A stretch of 63,595 nucleotides of DNA, counting the filler. It is 8 parts of 8 records of this genome, joined end to end, with 100 filler letters (N's around TTAATTAATTAA, not from the genome) between each part and the next. Parts side by side here need not be neighbours in the genome. Positions count along the whole stretch, not along the records: positions 44,867 to 50,290 come from SRR20825010_6803; positions 50,391 to 57,388 come from SRR20825010_6809; positions 57,489 to 63,595 come from SRR20825010_6817; 5 more parts are not named here. One strand, 5' to 3'. How positions within the stretch are numbered: position 1 is the stretch's first letter; every line of letters begins with the position of its first letter. Below are positions 48,260-60,537 of the stretch, piece by piece. The position numbers and the translations under genes are program-made. The notes below the pieces were generated by a model, which saw only the letters and a program-made list of their open reading frames with translations, was not told where the DNA came from and searched no databases.

Positions 48260-48631
48260 ATGGCTGACCTTGCGAAGCTTGTAGATGACCTGTCCGCACT
48301 GACTGTTTTGGAAGCTGCTGAGCTTTCCAAAATGCTTGAAGAAAAGTGGGGCGTATCCGCTGCTGCACCTGTAGCTGTTGCTGCAGCTGCTGGCCCAGCT
48401 GCCGCTGCTGAAGAAGAGAAAGACGAGTTTGACGTAATTCTCGCTGCTGCTGGCGACAAGAAAATCAACGTGATTAAAGAAGTTCGTGCTATCACGGGCC
48501 TCGGTCTTAAAGAAGCAAAAGACCTCGTTGAAGGCGCTCCTAAGCCTGTTAAAGAAGGCGTTAACAAAGCTGAAGCTGAAGAGATCAAGAAGAAACTCGA
48601 AGAAGCTGGCGCGAAAGTTGAGCTCAAGTAA
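48260..48631 (+). CDS. rplL: 50S ribosomal protein L7/L12
   Basis: [17 protein letters not shown] and GLGLKEAK. Confidence 0.98.
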   Translation: MADLAKLVDDLSALTVLEAAELSKMLEEKWGVSAAAPVAVAAAAGPAAAAEEEKDEFDVILAAAGDKKINVIKEVRAITGLGLKEAKDLVEGAPKPVKEGVNKAEAEEIKKKLEEAGAKVELK

Positions 48632-48654
48632 TTTCTTGAGCCCAAGTATCCCGG

Positions 48655-48685
48655 GGTCGGGAGCGAAATTCGCTCCCGGCCTTTC
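48655..48685 (+). terminator. Hairpin between rplL and rpoB (terminator/attenuator)
   Basis: GGTCGGGAGCGAA-a-TTCGCTCCCGGCC followed by TTT. Confidence 0.65.
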
Positions 48686-48872
48686 GGCGTCCTGAGGGCC
48701 TTGGGACATTAAAAACTCGGCCCCATTTGGATGAGACGTCCAAATGTTTTGGATTTTCAGGAGTTTAGGGTAAGTTCACCCCCTAGGCTCTATTTTGGCA
48801 GCCGAGCTGGCCCTGATATCTGACCTGGTATCTGGCGGCTGGACGGCACAACTTAAGGAACGAGGGCGAAGC

Positions 48873-50290
48873 ATGGCGACTTCATTTACCGGTCGTAAGC
48901 GCGTGCGTAAAGACTTTGGGCACATTTCCGAAGTGACGCAAATGCCAAACCTCATCGAGGTTCAACGGCGGTCCTATGACCAGTTCTTCAAGCCCGGCGC
49001 AACTGAAGAGGAAAGGCTGAAATCCGGCCTTGAGAAAGTTCTGAAATCGGTATTCCCGATCCAGGATTTCTCCGCTACTTCATCGCTGGAATATGTAAAA
49101 TACGAGCTTGAAGAGCCCAAATATGACGTAGAAGAGTGCCAGCAGCGCGACATGACCTATGCCGCGCCTCTGCGGGTGACACTGCGTCTTATCGTGTTTG
49201 AGGTTGACCCAGATACAGAAGCGAAATCCGTACTCGATATCAAAGAGCAAGACGTCTATATGGGCGACCTGCCACTGATGACCGATAACGGTACGTTTGT
49301 GATCAATGGCACCGAGCGCGTGATCGTCTCCCAAATGCACCGTTCGCCAGGTGTGTTTTTCGACCACGACAAGGGCAAGACCCACTCATCAGGCAAGTTC
49401 CTGTTTGCTGCACGCGTGATCCCTTACCGCGGTTCCTGGCTCGACTTCGAGTTTGATGCCAAGGATATCGTGAACGTACGGATCGACCGTCGCCGCAAGC
49501 TGCCTGCGACAACGCTTCTTTACGCACTGGGCATGTCTGCTGAAGACATCCTCCAGTATTTCTACAAGGTTGCAAGCTTCCGCCGCGCTGAAGGCGGCTG
49601 GCGCATGCCGTTTGTAGCGGAAGCATGGCGCGGCCAGAAGCCTGAGTTCGACCTTGTGAATGCAGACACCGGTGAGGTTGTCTCTGAAGCAGGCAAGAAG
49701 ATTACACCACGTCTCGCGAAAAGCCTCGAGAAGGCTGGCGTTGAAGGCATTCTCGTTCCTGAAGATCTCATCATCGGTAAATATGCCGCTGAAGATATGA
49801 TCAACGAGAAAACCGGTGCCATCTATGTTGAAGCTGGTGACGAGTTCACGGAAGAGTCTGTTGAGGCGCTTTCCGCCGCTGGTTTTGACGAGATCCCTGT
49901 TCTCGATGTCGACGACGTTGTTGTTGGCCCCTACATCCGTAACACGCTGAAAGCAGACAAGGTTGAGTGCCTCGATAGTGCGCTCGCTGAAATCTACAAA
50001 GTGATGCGTCCGGGTGAGCCACCAACCAAGGAAACGGCAGAAGCACTGTTCTACGGCTTGTTCTTCGATTCTGAGCGTTACGATCTTTCCGACGTTGGTC
50101 GTGTGAAGATGAACATGCGCCTGAACCTCGAGTGTGACGATACCGTTGGTGTGTTGCGCCGCGAGGATATCCTTTCAACCGTGAAGACACTGGTTGAGCT
50201 GAAGGATGGCCGCGGTGAGGTGGATGATATTGACCACCTTGGCAACCGTCGTGTGCGTAGCGTTGGCGAGCTGATGGAAAACCAGTACCG
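48873..50290 (+). CDS. rpoB: RNA polymerase beta subunit (3' truncated)
   Basis: [23 protein letters not shown] and [16 protein letters not shown]. Confidence 0.98.
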
Positions 50291-50390
50291 NNNNNNNNNN
50301 NNNNNNNNNNNNNNNNNNNNNNNNNNNNNNNNNNTTAATTAATTAANNNNNNNNNNNNNNNNNNNNNNNNNNNNNNNNNNNNNNNNNNNN

Positions 50391-50857
50391 GCCTGCACAA
50401 ATCTGATGAGCGTTTCATCGGAGCCCGTTTCCTGCTCGGTGATCTCACAAACGACACGCTCCGCCGAGATACCGGCTTCGCTCAAGACGCCCTGAACATC
50501 CTGCAGCGCGCTCGCCGCTGAGGCGGCATCCACAAAATGCGACGGGTCGAAATTGACAAAGAGCGAGGCCGTTTCGCTGAAACTGACGCCCGCATTCAAT
50601 AAATGCAGTGTTCTTGCCAGTGTTTCGACCTGAAAACGATCGATGTCGGGAATGCTAGAGAAGAAAATGCCCGGCCCCACAGGATGCTCGTCTCGGAAAG
50701 GACGGATCAGCCCTTCATAAGCGCTCACGAGAAGACGGCCCTCACGAAAGGAAAAGATCGGCTGAAAAGCCGATTTCAGTGTATAGCCGCCCCAGATACC
50801 CACAGCGGTCCCGTCGTCCTGGCGGGCGATGTGGCCGAGGCCGATGCTGCGCGGCAT
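50391..50857 (-). CDS. EAL domain protein (3' truncated)
   Basis: SAFQPIF, YEGLIR, LFVN and VCEITE. Confidence 0.85.
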
Positions 50858-51012
50858 GCTGCGCTTCCTTAAGACTCTTTATTCATGACGGTGAAAATGC
50901 CATCCAACGCCTTTATTCGCCGTTAACGACTGGTTTAACGCCGCAAACTGGCTGGCCGCTTGCGATTTTTCCCATGATCGGACATGAAGGATCACGCTGA
51001 TGCTCAGCGTAA

Positions 51013-52242
<1,230 letters not shown>

Positions 52243-52368
52243 GCGCCCGCTCTATAGCCTCACTATTGCGCCGCAAAATATTTTCTCGCGGTGCAATAGT
52301 CTTAACGCACTCTTTAAGCTTCTCATTGTTCTCTCGTTTTCCAAGGGTTTCGGGGAGACACCAGGGGC

Positions 52369-53898
52369 ATGAGCATCCTCTCCACCGTTCGCCGCAATGG
52401 CGCGCGTGTTTACATAGGCGTACAAGCGCTTTTGATCACAGCAACGGCGCTCATCGCCGTGGCATATTTCATGGTGCCACGCGAAAGTGGCATGCCAAAC
52501 TGGCTGCTGCTCACCTGCTTCGTTCTCAGCGCGACGGGTCTTGGCCTGCTTGAATACCTCAAACGCACTGTTTCCGATCAGCTCAAGGACGCCGTGCGCA
52601 TCGAGGCCGAGCGCACGCGACTGACCGAGAATGATCTTCTTACGGGCGCCCTCACCCGAGGCCGTTTCCTGGACGAACTCAGCGCCAGCATCGGCACACT
52701 TTCAAAACCCCGCCGCATCATGCTGCTGCTTGTTGATCTTGACCATTTCAAGCAGCTCAATGACGGATTCGGACATCAATTTGGAGATCAGGCGCTCGCC
52801 CATCTGGTCGCATGCGCGAAACACTGTTTCCCCGATTGCACCATTGGCCGGCTGGGCGGTGACGAATTTGCGATACTGATGTACGGCAACGACCTCGAAC
52901 GCTGTCGTCTACGCGCCGAAAAACTGCTCACAATGCTTCAACAGGGCCGTGTTTGCGAGGGACACCAGATACCACTGGGCGCATCGATCGGCATTGCCGT
53001 CGCACCGGAACATGCAAGCAGCCCCAAAGAGCTTCCTTTGCTGGCCGATCTTGCACTTTATGAGAGCAAGGGAGCCGGCCGCGGACGCATAACCGTGTTC
53101 GATCCCGATATGCTCTCTGAAAAACGCCAGCGCCGCTTTATGGAGCGCGAATTGCGCGCAGCGGTCTATCTCAACGAGCTCGAACTTCACTACCAGCCCC
53201 TGACCGACTCGGAGCGCAACTGTACGGCTCTGGAAGGCCTGGTGCGCTGGCGTCATCCTGTGCGCGGCATGATCTCACCTGCCGAGTTCATACCTGTTGC
53301 CGAGAGATCCAACCTGATCGACATGGTCGGCGAGTGGGTTTTCCGCCGCGCATGTCTCGATCTCGATCATCTGTCATGTGGGCGCATCAGCATCAATGTC
53401 TCCGGAGAGCAGCTCAAGCGCGATGGCCTCGTGCACATGCTGGACCGCGTGCTGCATGAAACGGGCACGGCCGCCAACCGTTTTGTTCTCGAGATCACCG
53501 AGACCGTCGCCACGGCGGCTACGCCCGAAATCATCGCCCGTATCGAACGGCTGCGTGGGATGGGATTCCACATCGCGCTGGATGACTTTGGAACCGGCCA
53601 TTGTGGCTTCAACTACATCAAGACGCTGCCGATCGACTCAATCAAGATCGACCGCAGTTACATCCGCAATCTCGGACATGATCGTATCGCTCAGGTCTTT
53701 GTCTCTGCGCTAACGCAGATCGCTCGCATTCAGGGCCTTACGATCGTGGCTGAGGGGATCGAAACCGAAGCCGAGTTCGATCTTGCACGCGCTGCCGGTT
53801 GCAACCGCTTCCAGGGCTATTTCCTCGGGCGACCGCAGGCCGCTCCAATGCTCCTGCGCAAAACCGCCCATATCGAACCGCTCGCCTTGAGCGCTTGA
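52369..53898 (+). CDS. Membrane-anchored GGDEF-EAL protein
   Basis: Two N-terminal TMs, RLGGDEF, YQP..EGLVRW, DDFGTG and QGY. Confidence 0.92.
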   Translation: MSILSTVRRNGARVYIGVQALLITATALIAVAYFMVPRESGMPNWLLLTCFVLSATGLGLLEYLKRTVSDQLKDAVRIEAERTRLTENDLLTGALTRGRFLDELSASIGTLSKPRRIMLLLVDLDHFKQLNDGFGHQFGDQALAHLVACAKHCFPDCTIGRLGGDEFAILMYGNDLERCRLRAEKLLTMLQQGRVCEGHQIPLGASIGIAVAPEHASSPKELPLLADLALYESKGAGRGRITVFDPDMLSEKRQRRFMERELRAAVYLNELELHYQPLTDSERNCTALEGLVRWRHPVRGMISPAEFIPVAERSNLIDMVGEWVFRRACLDLDHLSCGRISINVSGEQLKRDGLVHMLDRVLHETGTAANRFVLEITETVATAATPEIIARIERLRGMGFHIALDDFGTGHCGFNYIKTLPIDSIKIDRSYIRNLGHDRIAQVFVSALTQIARIQGLTIVAEGIETEAEFDLARAAGCNRFQGYFLGRPQAAPMLLRKTAHIEPLALSA

Positions 53899-54106
53899 GA
53901 ACCTCTTGCCCAAAACTCAAAGCCATGTGACGATATTCGTCGGAAAACGTTGGCGCATCGGCTTGTGAGTGCCGAAAGCGGGTTCTTCAAGGGCGGAGAA
54001 TGCTCCTGATCATCCGTCTACGCGTCACGACCGCGCGACGGCCGCTCTGGCCGGCCGCCGCTCATGAAACGTGTACGGGTAAACGCGTGTGAGGAGGCCG
54101 CCGACC

Positions 54107-56152
54107 ATGGGAAAACGTTCGGGAGAGAGAAGCCGCGGACCGAAGTGCATTGCCATTGTCGGTCCGTTTGCAAGTGGCAAGACAACTTTGCTCGAAGCCA
54201 TTTTGGAGCGCACCGGCGCCATAACCAAACAGGCAGGTACCGGGTCCGGAACGGTCGGCGATCATTCCGCCGAAGCCAAGGCGCATCAGATGAGTGTCGA
54301 GGCATGCGTCGCCACCACTCGCTTTCTCGATGAAAGTATTACTTTCGTGGATTGTCCCGGCTCAATCGAATTTGCCTATGAGGCAGATCCGATTCTTACC
54401 GCAGTCGACATGGCCATCGTCGTCACCGAACCCGACGAGAAGAAAATTCCGGCCCTTCAGCTCACCCTCCATCGGCTCGACGAGCTCGGCATCCCGCGCA
54501 TGATCTTCCTGAACAAGATCGAGCACGCCACCTTGGGCGTGCGCGACATGTTGAAGATGCTGCAACCGACCAGCGACACCCCACTGCTTTTGCGCCAGAT
54601 TCCTCTGCGCAAGGACGGCATCGTCATCGGGTCCATCGATCTCGCGCTTGAACGCGCCTACATCTACCGTGAGCACGCAAGCAGTGAGATCGCACCCATT
54701 TCCGACGATGACAGGGCACGCGAGGTCGAGGCACGCTTCTCCATGCTTGAAACTCTGGCAGACCACGATGACAGGCTTATGGAGCAACTGCTTGAGGAGA
54801 TAGAGCCGCCCCGCGATGCGATTTTCGACGACCTGGCCGCTGATCTGCGTTCCGGTTCGGTGACGCCGGTGCTGATCGGGTCAGCAGAAAAAGGCAACGG
54901 CATATTGCGGCTTCTGAAGGCAATCCGGCACGATGCTCCGGATGTTGAAGCGACATGGGAGCGGCTTGGTCTCGACATTACTGGTGAAGCCGTGCTCCAG
55001 GTGATGAAAACAATCCATACACCGCATGGTGGCAAGCTGTCCGTCTCACGTGTTCTTTCCGGCTCAGTCGGCGATGGTGTGGAACTGCGCAGCGACCAGA
55101 CTGTCGACAAGGTTTCCGGTCTCTACACGCTGCTCGGGCGCGAACAAACCAAGGTCACGAAAGCGGAAGCTGGCGAGACGATTGCTCTCGGCAAACTTGA
55201 GGGGGTAAAGACAGGGGACACGCTGACCACAGCCAGGACACCGCATCCACCTCTCCTCAAACTCGAGAGCCCTCACCCCGTCTATTCGGTTGCGGTACAT
55301 CCGACCGAACGCAAAGACGAGGCAAAGCTCTCCCTCGCCCTGCAGAAGCTCACCGAGGAAGACCCGTCACTCGGCCTCGAACAAAGGCAGGAGACGGGGG
55401 AAACCGTGCTGTGCGGACAGGGCGAAATGCATCTGCGCGTCACTCGCGAGCGCCTGGAAGGCAAATACCAGATCCCCGTGGATACGGCAGTGCCGAGCGT
55501 TGCCTATCGCGAAACGATCCGCAAGGGCACCACAAAGCGTGGCCGGCACAAGAAGCAATCGGGCGGTCACGGCCAGTTCGGCGATGTTGTGCTCGAGATA
55601 CGCCCCCTGCCCCGCGGCTCCGGTTTCGAGTTCACCGACACGATCACCGGTGGCGTCGTTCCGAAGCAATACATACCCTCGGTCGAAACGGGCGTTCGCG
55701 ACTATCTCAAATCCGGTCCGCTCGGGTTTCCCGTCATAGATCTCGCCGTCAACCTCTCGGACGGTTCCTACCATTCGGTGGATTCCTCAGACATGGCGTT
55801 CCAGCTTGCCGGGCGACTTGCCATGAAGGAAGGGCTTGGCGAGTGCTCACCTGTTCTCCTGGAGCCCGTCCTCAGGGTCGAGGTCTACACGCCGTCAGAC
55901 GCCACTGCCCGCATCACCGCTATCCTGTCGCAACGGCGCGGACAGATTCTCGGCTTCGATGCGCGTCCCGGCTGGACAGGTTGGGACATCGTAGAGGCGA
56001 CGATCCCCGCATCCGAAACCGGCGATCTGATCATCGAACTACGATCCGCCACGGCAGGCGTCGCCAGCTATCGCGCCACGTTTGATCACATGGCCGAATT
56101 GACCGGGCGCCTGGCGGATGCGGCGATGAGCGCGCAGGGCAAGGCTGCTTGA
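54107..56152 (+). CDS. Elongation factor G paralogue (EF-G II type)
   Basis: GKTT, DCPG, NKIE, GQGEMHL, KKQSGGHGQFG and HSVDSS; lacks RGIT; RBS GAGGAG upstream. Confidence 0.9.
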   Translation: MGKRSGERSRGPKCIAIVGPFASGKTTLLEAILERTGAITKQAGTGSGTVGDHSAEAKAHQMSVEACVATTRFLDESITFVDCPGSIEFAYEADPILTAVDMAIVVTEPDEKKIPALQLTLHRLDELGIPRMIFLNKIEHATLGVRDMLKMLQPTSDTPLLLRQIPLRKDGIVIGSIDLALERAYIYREHASSEIAPISDDDRAREVEARFSMLETLADHDDRLMEQLLEEIEPPRDAIFDDLAADLRSGSVTPVLIGSAEKGNGILRLLKAIRHDAPDVEATWERLGLDITGEAVLQVMKTIHTPHGGKLSVSRVLSGSVGDGVELRSDQTVDKVSGLYTLLGREQTKVTKAEAGETIALGKLEGVKTGDTLTTARTPHPPLLKLESPHPVYSVAVHPTERKDEAKLSLALQKLTEEDPSLGLEQRQETGETVLCGQGEMHLRVTRERLEGKYQIPVDTAVPSVAYRETIRKGTTKRGRHKKQSGGHGQFGDVVLEIRPLPRGSGFEFTDTITGGVVPKQYIPSVETGVRDYLKSGPLGFPVIDLAVNLSDGSYHSVDSSDMAFQLAGRLAMKEGLGECSPVLLEPVLRVEVYTPSDATARITAILSQRRGQILGFDARPGWTGWDIVEATIPASETGDLIIELRSATAGVASYRATFDHMAELTGRLADAAMSAQGKAA

Positions 56153-56264
56153 TGAGAGCATCAACCGGAAAGATCGCCACGCAATCGTGAAGCGCCGTGA
56201 TTTTGAACCGCCGGGCGGCGGTTCTACCAATGGTGATGCTATCAGAAATCCGCTGGAGAAAGCC

Positions 56265-57242
56265 ATGCCCACAATCCACCGTCGCCCGCGCTGGGCAATA
56301 GCCGAAAGCGTGGCGACGCCTGAATGCGTTTTCGCCAATCGCCGCACAGTGCTTGCGGGGCTTGGTCTTGGGGCGATCGCCGGCGCAGGCTTGCTGCCCG
56401 GGACAGCCAGGGCGCAGGCAGCGGAAGACGCCGCGTCACGCACCGCATCCCTTTACCCTGTAAAGCGGAACGATGCCTACAGAATCGAACGCCCCCTGAC
56501 ACCTGAAGACGTGAACAGCACTTACAACAATTTCTACGAATTCGGATCGCACAAACAGATCGCGCGTGCCGCTCAGGCACTCTCAACTCATCCCTGGGAT
56601 ATCGAGATCGATGGCCTCGTGGAAAAGCCCGGCACCATTGCTTTCGAGGATCTGTTAAAACGCATGCCGCTCGAAGAGCGCCTGTACCGGCATCGCTGTG
56701 TCGAAGCCTGGTCAATGACAGTGCCATGGAGCGGCTTTCCGCTTTCAGCTCTCCTGGCGATTGCGAAGCCCCTTTCGTCCGCCCGCTACCTCCGCTTTGA
56801 AACCTTCAACGATCCCTCCGTCGCCGGGGGGCAGAAGCAGGTCTGGTATCCTTGGCCATATGTAGAGGGCGTCACCATGGAAGAGGCTTCCAACGACCTC
56901 GCCTTCATGGTCACTGGCGCCTATGGCAAACCCCTGGCAAAGCAGTTCGGCGCTCCCCTGCGGCTGGCCCTGCCATGGAAATACGGCTTCAAATCCATCA
57001 AATCCATCCGACGCATCTCTTTCACCGAAAAGAGACCTGTGAGTTTCTGGGAGGAGATTGCAGCCAGCGAATACGGCTTCTGGGCGAATGTGAACCCGGA
57101 TGTGCCGCACCCGCGCTGGAGCCAGGCGGAGGAGCGGGTACTTCATACTGGCGAGCGCATACCGACGCAGCTTTTTAACGGTTATGCCGAGGAAGTCGCA
57201 GGTCTTTACAGCGGGCTCGAAAGCGAACAGCTTTATCGCTGA
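56265..57242 (+). CDS. msrP: Protein-methionine-sulfoxide reductase catalytic subunit
   Basis: Tat motif NRRTVL, YNNFYEFG, RHRCVEAWSM and PWKYGFKSIK. Confidence 0.95.
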   Translation: MPTIHRRPRWAIAESVATPECVFANRRTVLAGLGLGAIAGAGLLPGTARAQAAEDAASRTASLYPVKRNDAYRIERPLTPEDVNSTYNNFYEFGSHKQIARAAQALSTHPWDIEIDGLVEKPGTIAFEDLLKRMPLEERLYRHRCVEAWSMTVPWSGFPLSALLAIAKPLSSARYLRFETFNDPSVAGGQKQVWYPWPYVEGVTMEEASNDLAFMVTGAYGKPLAKQFGAPLRLALPWKYGFKSIKSIRRISFTEKRPVSFWEEIAASEYGFWANVNPDVPHPRWSQAEERVLHTGERIPTQLFNGYAEEVAGLYSGLESEQLYR

Positions 57243-57303
57243 CCTGCACACGTGCCACTTTGGAAACACGGGCGCCCGCGATGCACGGGAACCTCCGGCA
57301 GAT

Positions 57304-57388
57304 AAAAAAAGAGCCGGATCACGGAGATCCGGCTTTAGTCATTGGAAGTGCCATATAGGCGAAACCTCCAGAGGGGAACACTCGCGGG
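57304..57388 (-). ncRNA. 3' part of an AbcR/alpha-r15-like small RNA with its intrinsic terminator
   Basis: Minus strand reads GTGTTCCCCTCTGGAGGTTT (AbcR-type anti-SD motif), then an AGCCGGATC/GATCCGGCT hairpin and T7. Confidence 0.65.
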
Positions 57389-57488
57389 NNNNNNNNNNNN
57401 NNNNNNNNNNNNNNNNNNNNNNNNNNNNNNNNTTAATTAATTAANNNNNNNNNNNNNNNNNNNNNNNNNNNNNNNNNNNNNNNNNNNN

Positions 57489-58453
57489 GCTTTGTCGCGT
57501 TGATGTCGCCCAATATCGAGACGCTTATCGCAGCGCGCTTCCTGCAGGGGTTTGGAGCCGCCGTAGGGGTTGCGGTGTCGCGGGCGGTCGTACGGGATCT
57601 CTTCACGCATGAGAGCTCTGCCCGGATCATGAACCTGATTGGCATCATCCTCGCGATCGGGCCGGCATTTGCTCCGACGCTCGGCGGGCTGACCATGCAG
57701 CTGGCGGGTTGGCATGCGATCTTCGGACTGATGCTTGCAGCAGGCGTTGTGATTTCCCTCGTCATTCATTTCTGCATGCGCGAAACGGTCGAACGCGACC
57801 TGTCGCGGATCAGTCCGAAAGCCCTGATCCATTCCTACGGTCTGTTGCTCCGCAGCGCCTATTTCATGCTTTCAAGCCTGGTCATCGCAGGTGCGGTTGG
57901 GGCCCTCTACACCCAGGCGTCCGTACTGCCCTTCATCCTGATGAGCCGGGTTGGTCTTACCCCGGCTGAATTCGGTATCGGCATGCTCGCGCAGTCGGGC
58001 ATGTATTTCGTGGGTGCGCTCGCGGCGCGTTATCTGATGAGGTCGCTAGGAGCCTACAGGCTCGTGCCTATTGGCCTCGCCGCCATCGGGCTAGGCAGTC
58101 TTCTTCTGATCGTTTCGCTGACCCAGTTCGAGCCCAGCTTTATCGGAGTTATGGGCCCTGTCGGAATCTATGCGTTCGGTATCGCCTTTGTGATGCCGGC
58201 GATGATGACAGCCGGCCTGGCGCCGTTTCCGCGCATTGCGGGTTCAGCATCGTCGCTCACCGGGTTTTTGCAAATGGGCACCGGGCTTGCCGGAGGCACC
58301 ATCGCGGCATTGATCGGCGACCCCGTGCTCGCAATGGTGATTATCATCCCGACGCTTGGAACCGCCGCGATCCTCGCGTGGCTTATCTGGAACAGGCTGC
58401 CGGAACCGGCATTGGCGACGGCGCTAAGGCCAAGTCCGCCGGGGCCGGTTTAA
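57489..58453 (+). CDS. Bcr/CflA family MFS efflux transporter (5' truncated)
   Basis: ARFLQGFG, RAVVRD, PAFAPTLGG and GWHAIF. Confidence 0.9.
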
Positions 58454-58462
58454 CAAGGCTCG

Positions 58463-59107
58463 TTAATCAAGCTGCGGCCGCTCGAAATCGCCGGTCTGAG
58501 GATTCATCACCCACAGCTCGCCGCTTGAAATATCGAACCAGGCACCATGCAGGGAGAGCTTGCCTTTGTCTTCCAGAATTTTAACGCATGGAAAACTACG
58601 CAGGTTCTGCACCTGATAGCGGATGGAAATGCGCTCAAGCGCTGTCTGACGCTCAGACGGAGTCATCAGCTTGTTGCCTGCCACAGCTTCGGCTGCCGGC
58701 GCTACAAGGCCCATCCATTTGCCGATGAAATCGCCGGGCGAAAGCGGCTCAGCCGACGGGTTGAGCGCGGCACCTATACCGCCACAGCGCCCATGACCCA
58801 TCACAACGATGTGTTTCACTTTGAGGCTTTGCACCGCGAATTCGAGCGCTGCCGAAGTGCCGTGATGGTGATCGTCTGGCTCATAGGGCGGTACAAGATT
58901 GGCCACATTGCGCACAACGAAAAGTTCACCGGGGCCGCAGTCGAAAATCGTTTCCGGTGCCGCGCGTGAATCGCAGCATGCGATGACCATGGTTTGCGGT
59001 GACTGGCCTTCTTTGGCCAGTTTGCGGTAGCGCTCACTCTCGGAGCTGTATCGGCCCGCCATGAAATTGCGGTAGCCGGAGATAAGGCGTTCTGGAAGGT
59101 GCGTCAT
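58463..59107 (-). CDS. Beta-class carbonic anhydrase
   Basis: CCDSR, GELFVVRN and HGRCGG. Confidence 0.95.
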   Translation of the reverse strand: MTHLPERLISGYRNFMAGRYSSESERYRKLAKEGQSPQTMVIACCDSRAAPETIFDCGPGELFVVRNVANLVPPYEPDDHHHGTSAALEFAVQSLKVKHIVVMGHGRCGGIGAALNPSAEPLSPGDFIGKWMGLVAPAAEAVAGNKLMTPSERQTALERISIRYQVQNLRSFPCVKILEDKGKLSLHGAWFDISSGELWVMNPQTGDFERPQLD

Positions 59108-59268
59108 GGGTTTTCGAATAGCGAGAAAATGCGTGGCGCGCAATCCGGTTTGATCCGTCTGCAACAGTGCTGTGCACCGTTCTCGAACGCTTAATCGACG
59201 CCCGGACTTCAAACTTGCAGTAATGACATGGTCCCGTGTTTTCAACTATCCGCGGAACGCTGAAAGCT

Positions 59269-60153
59269 TCAATGTGAAGCGGAAGCGGGTTCTGCGACAC
59301 GCTCGATGTCGATCCTCATTTGTGGTCGTGTCAAAATCTGCCGGTCGGTTTCCAGCATCAGCTCATCCGACCCGCGTTCGATCGCCCTGTTGAGGATTGC
59401 GACTACCGAGCCTGTGGTTTTGGCGAGAGCTTCTTCCTGGTTCTCGCCGGCGAGCAATCGGGCAAGGTAAAGTGCCGCGGTGAGATCGCCGGTACCGTTT
59501 GGAGCTTTGGGAATGCTGTCATGGGCCGCGCGCAGGACTTCCGTCTTCCCAACCAGCAGATTTGCCAGGCGGTCGGGGCTGCTCGCGGGAGCGGATGTCA
59601 CCATCACTTCGGCAGGGGGTGCCTTTCGGGCGGCATGTATCGCAGAATCGGTACCGTCAATATGGACGCCTGTGAGCCAGGCCAGCTCATAACGGTTTGG
59701 CGTGGCGATATCGGCAAGTGGCAACAGTCTGTCGCGGATGGCTGTAGCCGTTGCCTCAGGCACATACAGGCCGCCCCGGTCTCCAAGCACCGGATCGCAG
59801 ACGTAGCGCGCTTCTGGATTGCGGCTTTTCAGGGTTTCCACCAGGCCAGCTATCGCATCCGCCTGTTCGGGACCGCCCAGATAGCCGGATAGAACTGCAG
59901 AGACTTCGCCGAGCCATGGCGCGTTTTCGAGATCGTTCATGAAACGCGCGAACTGGTCGGGTTCAGGGACGATGCGCGTCGCGGGACCGTGGCCCGGGTG
60001 CCAGGGCAGGATGACTGTGGGCACCGCCCAGACGGGAAACCCGAGGGCCTCCAATGTAAAGACGGCGGCACGATTTCCCACGCTGCCGCGCGCTACATGG
60101 CTGGATATGACAATAACGGCACGGGTTTCGCGCCGGTGTTCTTCTCTGGTCAT
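59269..60153 (-). CDS. pdxY: Pyridoxal kinase
   Basis: SHVARGSVGN, SGYLG, DPVLGD, TPNRYEL and NGTGD. Confidence 0.92.
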   Translation of the reverse strand: MTREEHRRETRAVIVISSHVARGSVGNRAAVFTLEALGFPVWAVPTVILPWHPGHGPATRIVPEPDQFARFMNDLENAPWLGEVSAVLSGYLGGPEQADAIAGLVETLKSRNPEARYVCDPVLGDRGGLYVPEATATAIRDRLLPLADIATPNRYELAWLTGVHIDGTDSAIHAARKAPPAEVMVTSAPASSPDRLANLLVGKTEVLRAAHDSIPKAPNGTGDLTAALYLARLLAGENQEEALAKTTGSVVAILNRAIERGSDELMLETDRQILTRPQMRIDIERVAEPASASH

Positions 60154-60161
60154 GCTGTCAT

Positions 60162-60410
60162 TTACCCGCCGATGATTCCGAAAACGTAAAGGAGGATCCA
60201 AAGGATGAGGGCGGTCAGGGTGATTACCGCGATGGCTCTGCCGATCCGCGTTCCCCATAGTTCGATTGGATCGTCCTGTACCGCATCCCTTGCCGAAATG
60301 TGATCGCGCGCGCGGGTCATCATGGAGCTGCCTTCGCTTTCACGGCTGACCCGGTCAAGGATCCGCCGCGATTCTGCTTCTGCCTGCTCCACCCGCTTCC
60401 GTGCTGTCAC
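60162..60410 (-). CDS. Small membrane protein with one C-terminal TM
   Basis: ESRRILDRV...DPIELWGTRIGR then a TM; GTG start chosen to avoid overlap with lemA. Confidence 0.65.
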   Translation of the reverse strand: MTARKRVEQAEAESRRILDRVSRESEGSSMMTRARDHISARDAVQDDPIELWGTRIGRAIAVITLTALILWILLYVFGIIGG

Positions 60411-60537
60411 TTTGCAAAAACCTGATGCCGTTGTTGAGGCACGACCGTACATCAAGGATCCATCGTTCGGAATTGGTTTCCTATCAGTGGACCATGTTCT
60501 AATGTCGAGAGAACCAATTTCCCGGAGGTGCTCCTTC

